Below, one piece after another: positions 42,591 through 51,219 of a stretch of DNA of 64,000 nt (position 1 is the first letter of the stretch; each line of letters begins with the position of its first letter). The notes under the pieces were generated by a model, which did no database searches, was not told where the DNA came from, and was given only the letters and a program-made list of their open reading frames with translations. Source of the stretch: Candidatus Cloacimonadales bacterium (lineage in GTDB: Bacteria > Cloacimonadota > Cloacimonadia > Cloacimonadales > JAFGVF01); NCBI GenBank assembly GCA_963662585.1, contig OY759729.1, positions 1,376,001 through 1,440,000 of the forward strand, given 5' to 3'. Made by a program: the position numbers and the translations under genes.

Positions 42591-44990
42591 CTATTTCATT
42601 AATAACATTTTCTTTGTTTGAATACTCTTATCTGTCTTTATTTTGGTAAAATAGATGCCTGAGGCTACATTCTTTCCTCTTTCATCTTTACCATTCCAGA
42701 CAAGACTGTGAGGTCCTGCTGGTGTTTCCTCATCAATGAGTATTTTCACCAACTGTCCTTTAATGTTGTAGATTGACAAGTTCACTTTTCCACTTTGAGG
42801 ATTATTGAAAGAAATTGTAGTTTCAGGATTGAAAGGATTAGGATAGTTGCATAATGTTAAAGTTTGGCTGATAGGTAAGATATAGTCTTCATTACCAGTA
42901 TATCCTGGAGATTCAAAGCAACCAATATCTATACCTGAGCCATATATTCTATCATTACCAAAAAGGTCATAAGTAGGTGTTTGGTATAGGAGGTTAGCAT
43001 ATTGGCTATCTAAAAGTCCTGCATCAATGGCAGGAGAATAACCATTCTCATTATCAGCAAATAAACGATAATACTCTTCTGTAGCCGGGTCTTCTCCAGC
43101 AAAAAGAGGGTCCTGTCCAAATATATTGTTGCTATTTACAAGCATGTTTTGAGACTCATGGTAATAAAATATGTTACCAGTCTCCTCTTTGGAGAATAAG
43201 TTGTTCTCAAGATATAAATCTTGTCCATAAGCAATCTCCTTTAGGTTCCCATTTGAAAAAATATTATTCCTGATATTAGTACTTGTATAACCAGAAGTTC
43301 CAAGAGCTGCATAGGAATTAAATTCATTGTTAGCTATGGTGCAATTTACTACATCTACATTGCTTCCATTAAGCTGTAAAAGTTGAACTTCATTAGTGCA
43401 AATATTATTAGCAACTAAATTATTACTAAAGATAACATCGGTTGCTTGTTCTCCCCATCCATAACCTTGGAATACCCTTGCTAAAGAAAAACCTAATACT
43501 GATTCACATACATTGTTAATGAATTTGCTATTTTTAATTACTGTGGTCCCTCGATTATCAATATCTAAAGCTCCATTCCCTTGGTAAATCCAATCGCTGT
43601 TGAAATCATTAGAGCAATCTTGAATTATTAAGTTATCTATTAAAATATCATTACCCCACAACCTTAATCCATAATCTGCATAAAGAGCATGAACATTTTT
43701 AACAGTTACATTAATTATATCCATTGAGCTATTGGGTCCTCCCGCTAAAAAATTAATCATTTCAACTTGACTATCTTCTATAACAATATTCTCAATAGTG
43801 CAATTATATAACCTCCAGGCATATATACTAAATCCAATATTTATTGTAATGGAAAAATCTTTTACAACTGAACTTTCACTTGTATTAACAAAAGTGACTA
43901 CCCCTGACCCTCCTATCATATTTTCACCATAAATTTTTGTTTCAGCTGGAGAAAGTCCTTTTAAGCTAGTATAATCCTTAACACAAATAGACATATACTC
44001 AGCATTTATAATATTATGGTGAGTCCCTGCTAAAAGATGAACAGTATTACGATTACTAGGATTTGACAGTATGCGTTGCATTGCCACAGAAGGAGTTTTT
44101 AAGGCAGTAGTAGAAGATAAACCACTATTGCTATCATCCCCCTCTGGTGAAACATATAAATCTGCATCAATCTCTTCTAAATAAGCCTCTTCAACATCAA
44201 ATACCGCATAAGGATTAGCTTCAGGATTATCATCTTCATCAAACTCATACCAGTCAGCAAAATATTTATCATAAGAGGATTTAGTAAATTTCTTTAAATA
44301 TATCTCTCCAGTGTAACCAATAGTACGATACCAATGAATGTCCATACCCCAATTAGCAAAATTATTATAAATACTGCATCTGTTAGTTTGAGAAAAAGTA
44401 ATAAGATATTCTTGATTGAGCTTACCACCTATAGCTAACCCACCGCCCTTATTTCTTGCTATATTATTATGAATATTAACATTTTCCAGATATACTTCAG
44501 AAGAGTAAATTATTCCAACTCCACCACCAAAAGCTGCTCGATTATTGTAGACTTCTAAATTTAGAAGGTCTAAAGAGCAATTTTGATATATTATTATACC
44601 ACCGCCACCAACATTATGAGGTTGACCATCATAATCATGTCCACTTCCACCAGTAACAGACAAACCTTGGATAGTACAATCTGTTGTATTCTCCCAACAA
44701 AGAATGGTAGAGTCACTATTATTAGATCCATCGATAATAGTTTCAGAGATATAATCTTCATTACCTGTAGTGTACTCTAATGAAGCAAGAGTAAGACCAC
44801 TCCGATTGGACAAGTCTATATTTTCATAATAGTGCCCTGGATAGACGAGTATAACATCTCCATATACTGCTTGGTCTATTGCTTCTTGTATTACGGTATA
44901 AGGTTTTGTCCCATCAAGAGAGACTTCCAGTGTTTCTGATACTATTAACATTGGCACAAGTAGTAATATGAGTGAAAGTAGTTTTTTCAT
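42591..44990 (-). CDS. Secreted right-handed beta-helix (DUF1565/pectate-lyase-like fold) protein with FlgD-Ig/T9SS-like CTD (gene D)
   Basis: Signal peptide from MKKLLSL (AGGAG RBS); IQEAID..GDVILVYPGHYYENI; GGGI repeats; LYVSPEGDDSNSG; SPAIDAG; DIGCFE; NYPNPFNP. Confidence 0.78.
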   Translation of the reverse strand: MKKLLSLILLLVPMLIVSETLEVSLDGTKPYTVIQEAIDQAVYGDVILVYPGHYYENIDLSNRSGLTLASLEYTTGNEDYISETIIDGSNNSDSTILCWENTTDCTIQGLSVTGGSGHDYDGQPHNVGGGGIIIYQNCSLDLLNLEVYNNRAAFGGGVGIIYSSEVYLENVNIHNNIARNKGGGLAIGGKLNQEYLITFSQTNRCSIYNNFANWGMDIHWYRTIGYTGEIYLKKFTKSSYDKYFADWYEFDEDDNPEANPYAVFDVEEAYLEEIDADLYVSPEGDDSNSGLSSTTALKTPSVAMQRILSNPSNRNTVHLLAGTHHNIINAEYMSICVKDYTSLKGLSPAETKIYGENMIGGSGVVTFVNTSESSVVKDFSITINIGFSIYAWRLYNCTIENIVIEDSQVEMINFLAGGPNSSMDIINVTVKNVHALYADYGLRLWGNDILIDNLIIQDCSNDFNSDWIYQGNGALDIDNRGTTVIKNSKFINNVCESVLGFSLARVFQGYGWGEQATDVIFSNNLVANNICTNEVQLLQLNGSNVDVVNCTIANNEFNSYAALGTSGYTSTNIRNNIFSNGNLKEIAYGQDLYLENNLFSKEETGNIFYYHESQNMLVNSNNIFGQDPLFAGEDPATEEYYRLFADNENGYSPAIDAGLLDSQYANLLYQTPTYDLFGNDRIYGSGIDIGCFESPGYTGNEDYILPISQTLTLCNYPNPFNPETTISFNNPQSGKVNLSIYNIKGQLVKILIDEETPAGPHSLVWNGKDERGKNVASGIYFTKIKTDKSIQTKKMLLMK

Positions 44991-45021
44991 GGTTCTCCTA
45001 AATATATTTAAACAAAAGTAT

Positions 45022-45049
45022 GTCAGAAGTGCCACTTGACACTTCTGAC
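45022..45049. other. Intercistronic 10-bp stem-loop without clear U-tract
   Basis: GTCAGAAGTG-N8-CACTTCTGAC. Confidence 0.7.
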
Positions 45050-45058
45050 TTATTTACT

Positions 45059-47281
45059 CTATTTCATTAATAACATTTTCTTTACAACTTCCTCTTCCCC
45101 ATTCTTTACTCGATACAGATATGTTCCGGAACTTACTTTCTTACCAAAATCATTGTCTCCATACCAGACGACATTATGCATTCCAGCCTCCTGCTTCTCT
45201 GAAAGCAAACTCTTTACTTTCTGTCCTTTGAGATTATAGATATCCACCGTAACATTTCCTTTTTTAGTAATATCGTAAGAAATCGTTGTTTCAGGGTTGA
45301 AAGGATTAGGATAGTTAAAGCTGTTAATCTCATTAGACGGCACAATTTCATAGCTATCATTTTCGGTATAATAGATGATATCATAGCAGATTAAAAGACT
45401 TTGACGAGAAAGATATAGTTTATTGTTATGAACATCAAAATCTGTAAACTGGCTCGGAGTGCATAAATTTGCAGTGTAGGATGCAACTTGGCTATAATTA
45501 CCCAATCCATCCAACTGATACATTTTTATCTGAGTTTGTCCTCTGTTACTTACGCTATAGAGGTAATCACCAACAACTTCAATATCATTACTATATATAA
45601 CATCGGAAGTTATCGTATTCAGTAAAGTCCAATTCTCAATATCAGCAATATCATAGATAAATATATCTGGTAAATAAGCATGATTTACTGCATAATAATT
45701 GATAAATGAGGCATATAAAATACTATCTTTCACTTGAAACTTGGCATAATTTGCCGTGTGTTGAGTCCCCTGCAGAGTGTTACATGAGAAGGAAGAGAGA
45801 TAATCCGGCTCTATTGGATTACTTAAATCATAAATTGAGACGCGTAAATATTCATTTACCAATAATAGATAATGATCAATAACATAAGAACTTATCGGAG
45901 CATAAATTATTTCATTAACATTAACTGAACTTAATATTTCAGGACTTTCCGGCTGTGAAATATCTGTAATTTGCATTTGCAGACTTTCTCCGTCTATATT
46001 GTAGAAGTAATCATCATAAGTAGCTATTTTACCTATCGAGCCCAAATCTATTGAGGAAGAGAACTCTGGATTTGCTACTCCATTTTCAGTATTTAAGATT
46101 GTCAAGTTCTCATCAGTAGCCAATAGTAACTTATTCTCAGTAGCTAAGTATTTTTTAAACCTAGTATTCCAGTCTCTATTATCGCCTTCAGGAAAAAATT
46201 GCATATTTTCTTGACCACTCAAATCATACATCTTTAATTTGGGGTAAGCCACATCCAAAAGAGTATTACCAACAATATCAATTCCTACACTGTTATAATA
46301 GGAATTCATGTCATATATTATTTGTGCATTTTCATTATCACTCATATCAACAATTACTAAACCATACTCTCCATTCGGTTTAATATAGTAGTCTCCAATG
46401 ATGGTTGGTTTTGATCGATAGTAATATTGGTTACTATTGCACCAATTTTGGTATTGAACAATATTATTTACATCACTGATATCCCAATAATAGCCATCAG
46501 CACTGATTAGAGTGGAAGAATTTCCAATAGTTGATATATTGTACTCATCATTATCTAGAGGAGGTAATGGTCCAATGGTCTGCAATAATTCTAATTCGTT
46601 TGAATAAGCAAATACATAAAGATAATCTTTTTCTCTCACAAAGATTCTCTCATTTTGAATAGCCATAACTGGAAATGCACCTGTATCATTTATCTCGTAT
46701 GAATCAATTAAGTCTACTTCAGTTGGTAAGCTCATTGAATAATCTTCTAATACAAAACTATTAGATTCCGAATAGAATCTTAGAGCAAAAAGCCTATTTC
46801 CGACTACTTCGGTTTTTAAAGCAGAAGATAGTATTTGAGTTGGAGGTGTAGCGAAATTCAGAGTATCATAAACATACACATTATTTCCATCTGCTCTTAT
46901 CAATAGATGGGTATCAACTACTATACAATCGTAAATCGTATCAAAATCTAAAGCTGAAATTTCTAACGGATTTTCACTATTTGTTATATCATATAACATA
47001 ATATCGTGATAATCTGTATTGTAGTGAATAAGATAATTACCTGAAGAATATACCCTATTATACAAGTATGAATAGTCATGATTGATGACATTAACTAACT
47101 CTAATGTTTCATTACTGTAATTATAAATTGATATTCCATTTAAACTAGCTACATAGAGAGTAGAATCCTTACTGGCAACAGAAAGTGCATCTTCAGACAC
47201 CGACAAAATAGAATTATATTCAAAAGTCCAAACTAAACTTATTAAAAAAGCAAAGGCTAATATTAAAACTATTTTTTTCAT
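45059..47281 (-). CDS. Paralog C of the LVIVD-like secreted protein (divergent middle, A-type CTD)
   Basis: N-terminus matches B; patches in the middle differ from A and B; CTD nearly identical to A. Confidence 0.75.
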   Translation of the reverse strand: MKKIVLILAFAFLISLVWTFEYNSILSVSEDALSVASKDSTLYVASLNGISIYNYSNETLELVNVINHDYSYLYNRVYSSGNYLIHYNTDYHDIMLYDITNSENPLEISALDFDTIYDCIVVDTHLLIRADGNNVYVYDTLNFATPPTQILSSALKTEVVGNRLFALRFYSESNSFVLEDYSMSLPTEVDLIDSYEINDTGAFPVMAIQNERIFVREKDYLYVFAYSNELELLQTIGPLPPLDNDEYNISTIGNSSTLISADGYYWDISDVNNIVQYQNWCNSNQYYYRSKPTIIGDYYIKPNGEYGLVIVDMSDNENAQIIYDMNSYYNSVGIDIVGNTLLDVAYPKLKMYDLSGQENMQFFPEGDNRDWNTRFKKYLATENKLLLATDENLTILNTENGVANPEFSSSIDLGSIGKIATYDDYFYNIDGESLQMQITDISQPESPEILSSVNVNEIIYAPISSYVIDHYLLLVNEYLRVSIYDLSNPIEPDYLSSFSCNTLQGTQHTANYAKFQVKDSILYASFINYYAVNHAYLPDIFIYDIADIENWTLLNTITSDVIYSNDIEVVGDYLYSVSNRGQTQIKMYQLDGLGNYSQVASYTANLCTPSQFTDFDVHNNKLYLSRQSLLICYDIIYYTENDSYEIVPSNEINSFNYPNPFNPETTISYDITKKGNVTVDIYNLKGQKVKSLLSEKQEAGMHNVVWYGDNDFGKKVSSGTYLYRVKNGEEEVVKKMLLMK

Positions 47282-47402
47282 AATTTCTCCTAAAGTTTTT
47301 ACTCTTTTTCATCTTTTATACTTCTATTTATTTTTGTCAACTATTTACCTAGATATTTTAAATATTCATTGTCACGATTTATACATTATACTTCTTATCA
47401 AG

Positions 47403-47551
47403 GAAAGAGATAATGGTTTTCCACATTATCTCGATCGCTGAAGGGAGAAGTCATCATAACTTAAGTTCTCACTAATATAGACGAAAAAAAGGGAATATTT
47501 CTGACAAGTTACTCCTATATTATTGTTGTTTAAAACCTTACAAGAGCTCAG
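47403..47551 (-). promoter_or_regulatory. Conserved intergenic module, copy 3: TGTCAGA-N16-CGTC (47480-47506) plus hairpin
   Basis: 47282-47510 is near-identical to 42241-42468. Confidence 0.6.
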
Positions 47552-47746
47552 TATATTTAATTAGATTTTACTGTTTTGTTTAGCATTAACTTATTATGTA
47601 GAGGTTCACTAAAACATATTATGTTTTGATAAAAACTCTTGACTACTAGCTTAATCAAACAAATTTAGAATAAAGAAAGATATTTTCAGAAAAGTTTACT
47701 TTATTTTATTATATTATATATCAGTAAGTTATAAGGGAGCAGTCTA

Positions 47747-48697
47747 ATGGAATCAAATGTTGATTTTACCAAGGTCTTGAATTCAACTAAAGCGCTAGCC
47801 TTAAGATATGTGAAGAACATTGATATAGCTGAGGAAATAGCACAGATGGTAGCAATTCAATACCATTTGAATATTGATAAGGTTAATTATGAAAGTAGCC
47901 ATAATTGGATTTATACAGTTACTAAGAATCTTTGTATGGACCATTTTCGAAAAATAGCAAAGGAAAGGAAGTTAAATAAAGACTATGAATTTTATAAGCA
48001 ACTTTGTACTTTGGAGGAAGATTCGGTAGAGATAATCAATACTGATATTGATTCTTATGATTTTATAAAAAAAGATGATAAAATACTGTTAAAGAAGTAC
48101 TATGAGCATAAAGATTATATCAAACTAGCCCAAAGTTCTAAAAGGAAAGTCAAATACTTAAAAGATAAGATATATCGCTTAGAGCAAGAGATAAAACTAT
48201 ATCATATATTTAGTAGTCAAATAGTTCATTTTACTCCTGTACCTGGGACCAAGTTTACGACAAATCTTTATAATTTTATTAAACGCTTAAAGGAAGCATT
48301 AACTAAGAATGACTTTTCCTCTTTAAGTAGATATTTAGAAAATTGCCAAATTAACCCAGAAGTAAATAAACTAGAGCTTAAGCAATTTTTAACAAGCAAA
48401 ATTGCTAAATTATCAAACAAGAGCTACCAACTAACAATTTGCTATAGTGATGGGGGCAAAGTACCAAAATTTGTGCTTTTAATTTTTACTATTACTCAGG
48501 AAAATAATATTAAGATATTAGAATTCCCAATATTCCCAACAAGTGTACTAAAAGTGCATGATAAATATCTTGACCCAGTAAAAAAGAGTAAGACACTTAT
48601 TGATTCCAAGGGAAATTATAATAAAATGTATGGTTCTTATGATGAAATGAAAGAAAATGATATTGGAGTTGAGATACAGAAGAAAGAAGATTTTTAA
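47747..48697 (+). CDS. ECF-type sigma70 factor-like protein with a ~150-aa C-terminal extension
   Basis: Region 2 signature AEEIAQ...NWIYTVTKNLCMDHFRK; degenerate region 4 (KLAQSSKRKVKYLKDKIYRL); AAGGGAG RBS. Confidence 0.7.
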   Translation: MESNVDFTKVLNSTKALALRYVKNIDIAEEIAQMVAIQYHLNIDKVNYESSHNWIYTVTKNLCMDHFRKIAKERKLNKDYEFYKQLCTLEEDSVEIINTDIDSYDFIKKDDKILLKKYYEHKDYIKLAQSSKRKVKYLKDKIYRLEQEIKLYHIFSSQIVHFTPVPGTKFTTNLYNFIKRLKEALTKNDFSSLSRYLENCQINPEVNKLELKQFLTSKIAKLSNKSYQLTICYSDGGKVPKFVLLIFTITQENNIKILEFPIFPTSVLKVHDKYLDPVKKSKTLIDSKGNYNKMYGSYDEMKENDIGVEIQKKEDF

Positions 48698-48709
48698 GGG
48701 GCTTTAATC

Positions 48710-49164
48710 ATCATTACTATCGTAATGAGGCAAACATCTCTTAATTCTTTATGTCTCCCCTCTAGGGCTTATCTTTTTGATGGTACATGACCAGTGTTTT
48801 GCGAACACTGTCTATTATATGTCATCCATCTGGGATTTAAGATTATCATTAGTATAGTAATGAGGCGGACAGAATGTCCACCGTCCGACAGAAGAGGACT
48901 TATCATATTTTTTACTTTTTTAGTATATGTCGCCCTACCAGGGCTATCTTTTTATCGTAACCTCTAGGAGTGTCTTGCGAACACTCCCTATTATATGTCA
49001 TCCCTCTGGGATTTAAGATTATCATTACTATCGTAATGAGGCGGACAAGAGGCTTAGCTAAGGCTACGCCCACACAGACAAATGTCCATCTCCTTTCGCT
49101 AACACATTCTACATAGCTTCAGCGAAGTAGAAAGCTTCAGAAGACAAACCGTCAGACAGAAGAG
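48710..49164. repeat. Composite REP cluster: two tandem units plus three ATCATTAnTAnnGTAATGAGGC palindromes and nested insertions
   Basis: 48751-48896 vs 48927-49164 share GTGT.TTGCGAACACT, TATTATATGTCATCC.TCTGGGATTTAAGATTATCATTA, GTAATGAGGCGGACA and GACAGAAGAG. Confidence 0.8.
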
Positions 49165-49246
49165 TGTTTCTAACATACGATTAAACATTTAAACAAATCT
49201 ACGATTCAACCAGAAAGTAATTCGTGAAAATTCGTCTTAATTAGTG

Positions 49247-51151
49247 TTAATTAGTGTGAGAGGTCTTAATTTCTTTCTCTTCCAGCTCTTCCAGTCTTTC
49301 TAACAAAAAGAGCATTTCATCATCTAATTGAGTCTGTTCTTCAGAAATAGCTGTAAAGTCTTTATGAGTTAATTCATCTGCCTTATTTTCAATCATATTG
49401 CTTAATTCAAGAGATCTAAATTCAATTTCAGCCAGTCTTTTATTAGTCTCTTCCAGTTCTTTTTTCTCTTTGAAGCTTAGACCTTTTTTAATAGTTTTAA
49501 CTTTAGCTGTTTTCTCTTTATCATTCTCTGCTTCCTCTTCTTCCCTAAACCTCTTCACCAAGAGATAATCGGAGTAATTACCAGCGAATTTATTAATTTT
49601 ATCGTTTTCAAAGATAAAGAGATAATCACAGATTCTGTCTAAAAAGAATCTATCATGAGAAACAACTAAGATACAGCCATCGAAGGCATCAAGATAGTCT
49701 TCTAAAATCTCTAAAGTTTTAATATCTAAGTCATTAGTAGGTTCATCAAGAATAATAAAGTTTGCTCCAAACATGAGTGATTTGAGTAAGTGAAGCCTCT
49801 TTTTCTCACCACCGGAAAGAGAAGATATTTTAGCTTGTTGCATCTTTGGTTCAAAGAGAAATCTTTCTAACATTTCAGTAGCAGAGTGCAATACACCATC
49901 TTTGGTCCTAATATTTTCCGCATAAGTAGATATATATTGATAAACAGAGTAATCTTGGGGCATTTCATCAGCATCTTGTTTGAAGTAAGCAAATTTAGTA
50001 TTGATACCGGTGTTTACACTTCCTTTAGTAGGAATAAGTTCTTTTGTAATAATTTTAATGAGAGTAGTTTTACCACAGCCATTATCGCCAATAATCCCCA
50101 CCCTTTCCAGTTTCTGAAAGACATGATTGAAGTTATTAATTAAGGGTTTCTTATCATATTGGTGAGTTATTCCACCTAATTCAACAATCTTCTTGCCCAA
50201 TCTGAAAGTTTGGAAAGAGATATCCATATCCTGTTGTTCGATTAAATATGATTTATCAAGAAGTTCTTTTACTCGATCAATGTGATTTTTAGGCTTAGTA
50301 GATCTTGCCTTCGCTCCTCTCTGAAGCCATTTTAATTCTTTTGAGAGCTGAGCTTGACGACGGGTTTCTTTCCTCTGTCTATCAACATTTTCCATCTCTT
50401 TCTTTTCAATATAATAGGAGTAGTTTCCTTCATAGAAGTTGATCTGTCCATGCTCAATTTCCATTATCTTATTACAGATACTATCTAAAAAGTAACGATC
50501 ATGAGTTACGAAGATAATATTTCCTTGATAATCAGTAAGATGTTGTTGAAGCCATTCAATTGAGTCTATATCAAGATGGTTAGTAGGCTCATCTAAGATA
50601 AGTAAATCAGCTTCTTTTAGGAGAATGTTAGCTAAATCAACTTTTCTTCTCTGTCCACCGGAGAGTACGCCAATCTTTTGATGAAAGTCAGTAATACCCA
50701 ACTTGGTTAAATAGCTTTTAGCTTTTGCTTCGATAGACCAACCGTTAAGAGTTTCAATTCTTTCAGCTAATTGAGCTTGTCTTTCCCACAAGTCTTGGCT
50801 TTGGCTTTTAGTAAGCTGTTCACTAATTTTAAAGTACTCTTTTAGCAGAACAAACTCTTCTTTATCTGAAGAGTAGATTTGCTCTAAGATAGTTAAGTCG
50901 TCATTTAAATTAGGATTTTGTTGAAGGTAGGCAACCGTAATCTCATTTCTGAAGATAATCTCGCCTGTATCAACCGGTTCAAGTCCGGCAAGAATGCGTA
51001 AGAAAGTAGTTTTACCACAGCCATTAACCCCGATAATACCCATCTTTTCACCTGAGTGAATCCCGAAGTTGGCATCTTTGATAATGTCTTTATCAACAAA
51101 GCGTTTATTTATGTCATTTACTGTAACTAGTATTTCACCAATATTTATCAT
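49247..51151 (-). CDS. ABC-F family ATPase (Uup-like)
   Basis: Two ABC cassettes (GVNGCGKT/LSGGQ/DEPTNHLD; GDNGCGKT/LSGGEK/DEPTNDLD), WLQRGAKAR linker, coiled-coil CTD. Confidence 0.92.
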   Translation of the reverse strand: MINIGEILVTVNDINKRFVDKDIIKDANFGIHSGEKMGIIGVNGCGKTTFLRILAGLEPVDTGEIIFRNEITVAYLQQNPNLNDDLTILEQIYSSDKEEFVLLKEYFKISEQLTKSQSQDLWERQAQLAERIETLNGWSIEAKAKSYLTKLGITDFHQKIGVLSGGQRRKVDLANILLKEADLLILDEPTNHLDIDSIEWLQQHLTDYQGNIIFVTHDRYFLDSICNKIMEIEHGQINFYEGNYSYYIEKKEMENVDRQRKETRRQAQLSKELKWLQRGAKARSTKPKNHIDRVKELLDKSYLIEQQDMDISFQTFRLGKKIVELGGITHQYDKKPLINNFNHVFQKLERVGIIGDNGCGKTTLIKIITKELIPTKGSVNTGINTKFAYFKQDADEMPQDYSVYQYISTYAENIRTKDGVLHSATEMLERFLFEPKMQQAKISSLSGGEKKRLHLLKSLMFGANFIILDEPTNDLDIKTLEILEDYLDAFDGCILVVSHDRFFLDRICDYLFIFENDKINKFAGNYSDYLLVKRFREEEEAENDKEKTAKVKTIKKGLSFKEKKELEETNKRLAEIEFRSLELSNMIENKADELTHKDFTAISEEQTQLDDEMLFLLERLEELEEKEIKTSHTN

Positions 51152-51219
51152 TAATCCTCTTAATTAGTCAGCCTTTAATAACTTGACTGATTATTAGCAA
51201 TTATTATACATTTTCTATT

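Noticed and set aside
37752..47281. Diversity-generating retroelement (TR/VR) explanation for the near-identical paralogs
   Set aside because: Differences are not confined to adenines or to a short 3' region, many are synonymous, and no reverse transcriptase is present in the window.
47398..47457. Leader peptide MMTSPFSDRDNVENHYLFP in module copy 3
   Set aside because: The frame is stopped after 8 codons in copy 2 and has no RBS, so conservation is not at the peptide level.
37516..47551. Integron cassette array (attC sites)
   Set aside because: No GTTRRRY/RYYYAAC-bounded attC-like palindromes after the genes and no integrase in the window.
48710..49164. CRISPR array
   Set aside because: Only three palindromic repeats at irregular, long spacing; the intervening sequences are homologous to each other rather than unique spacers; no cas genes.
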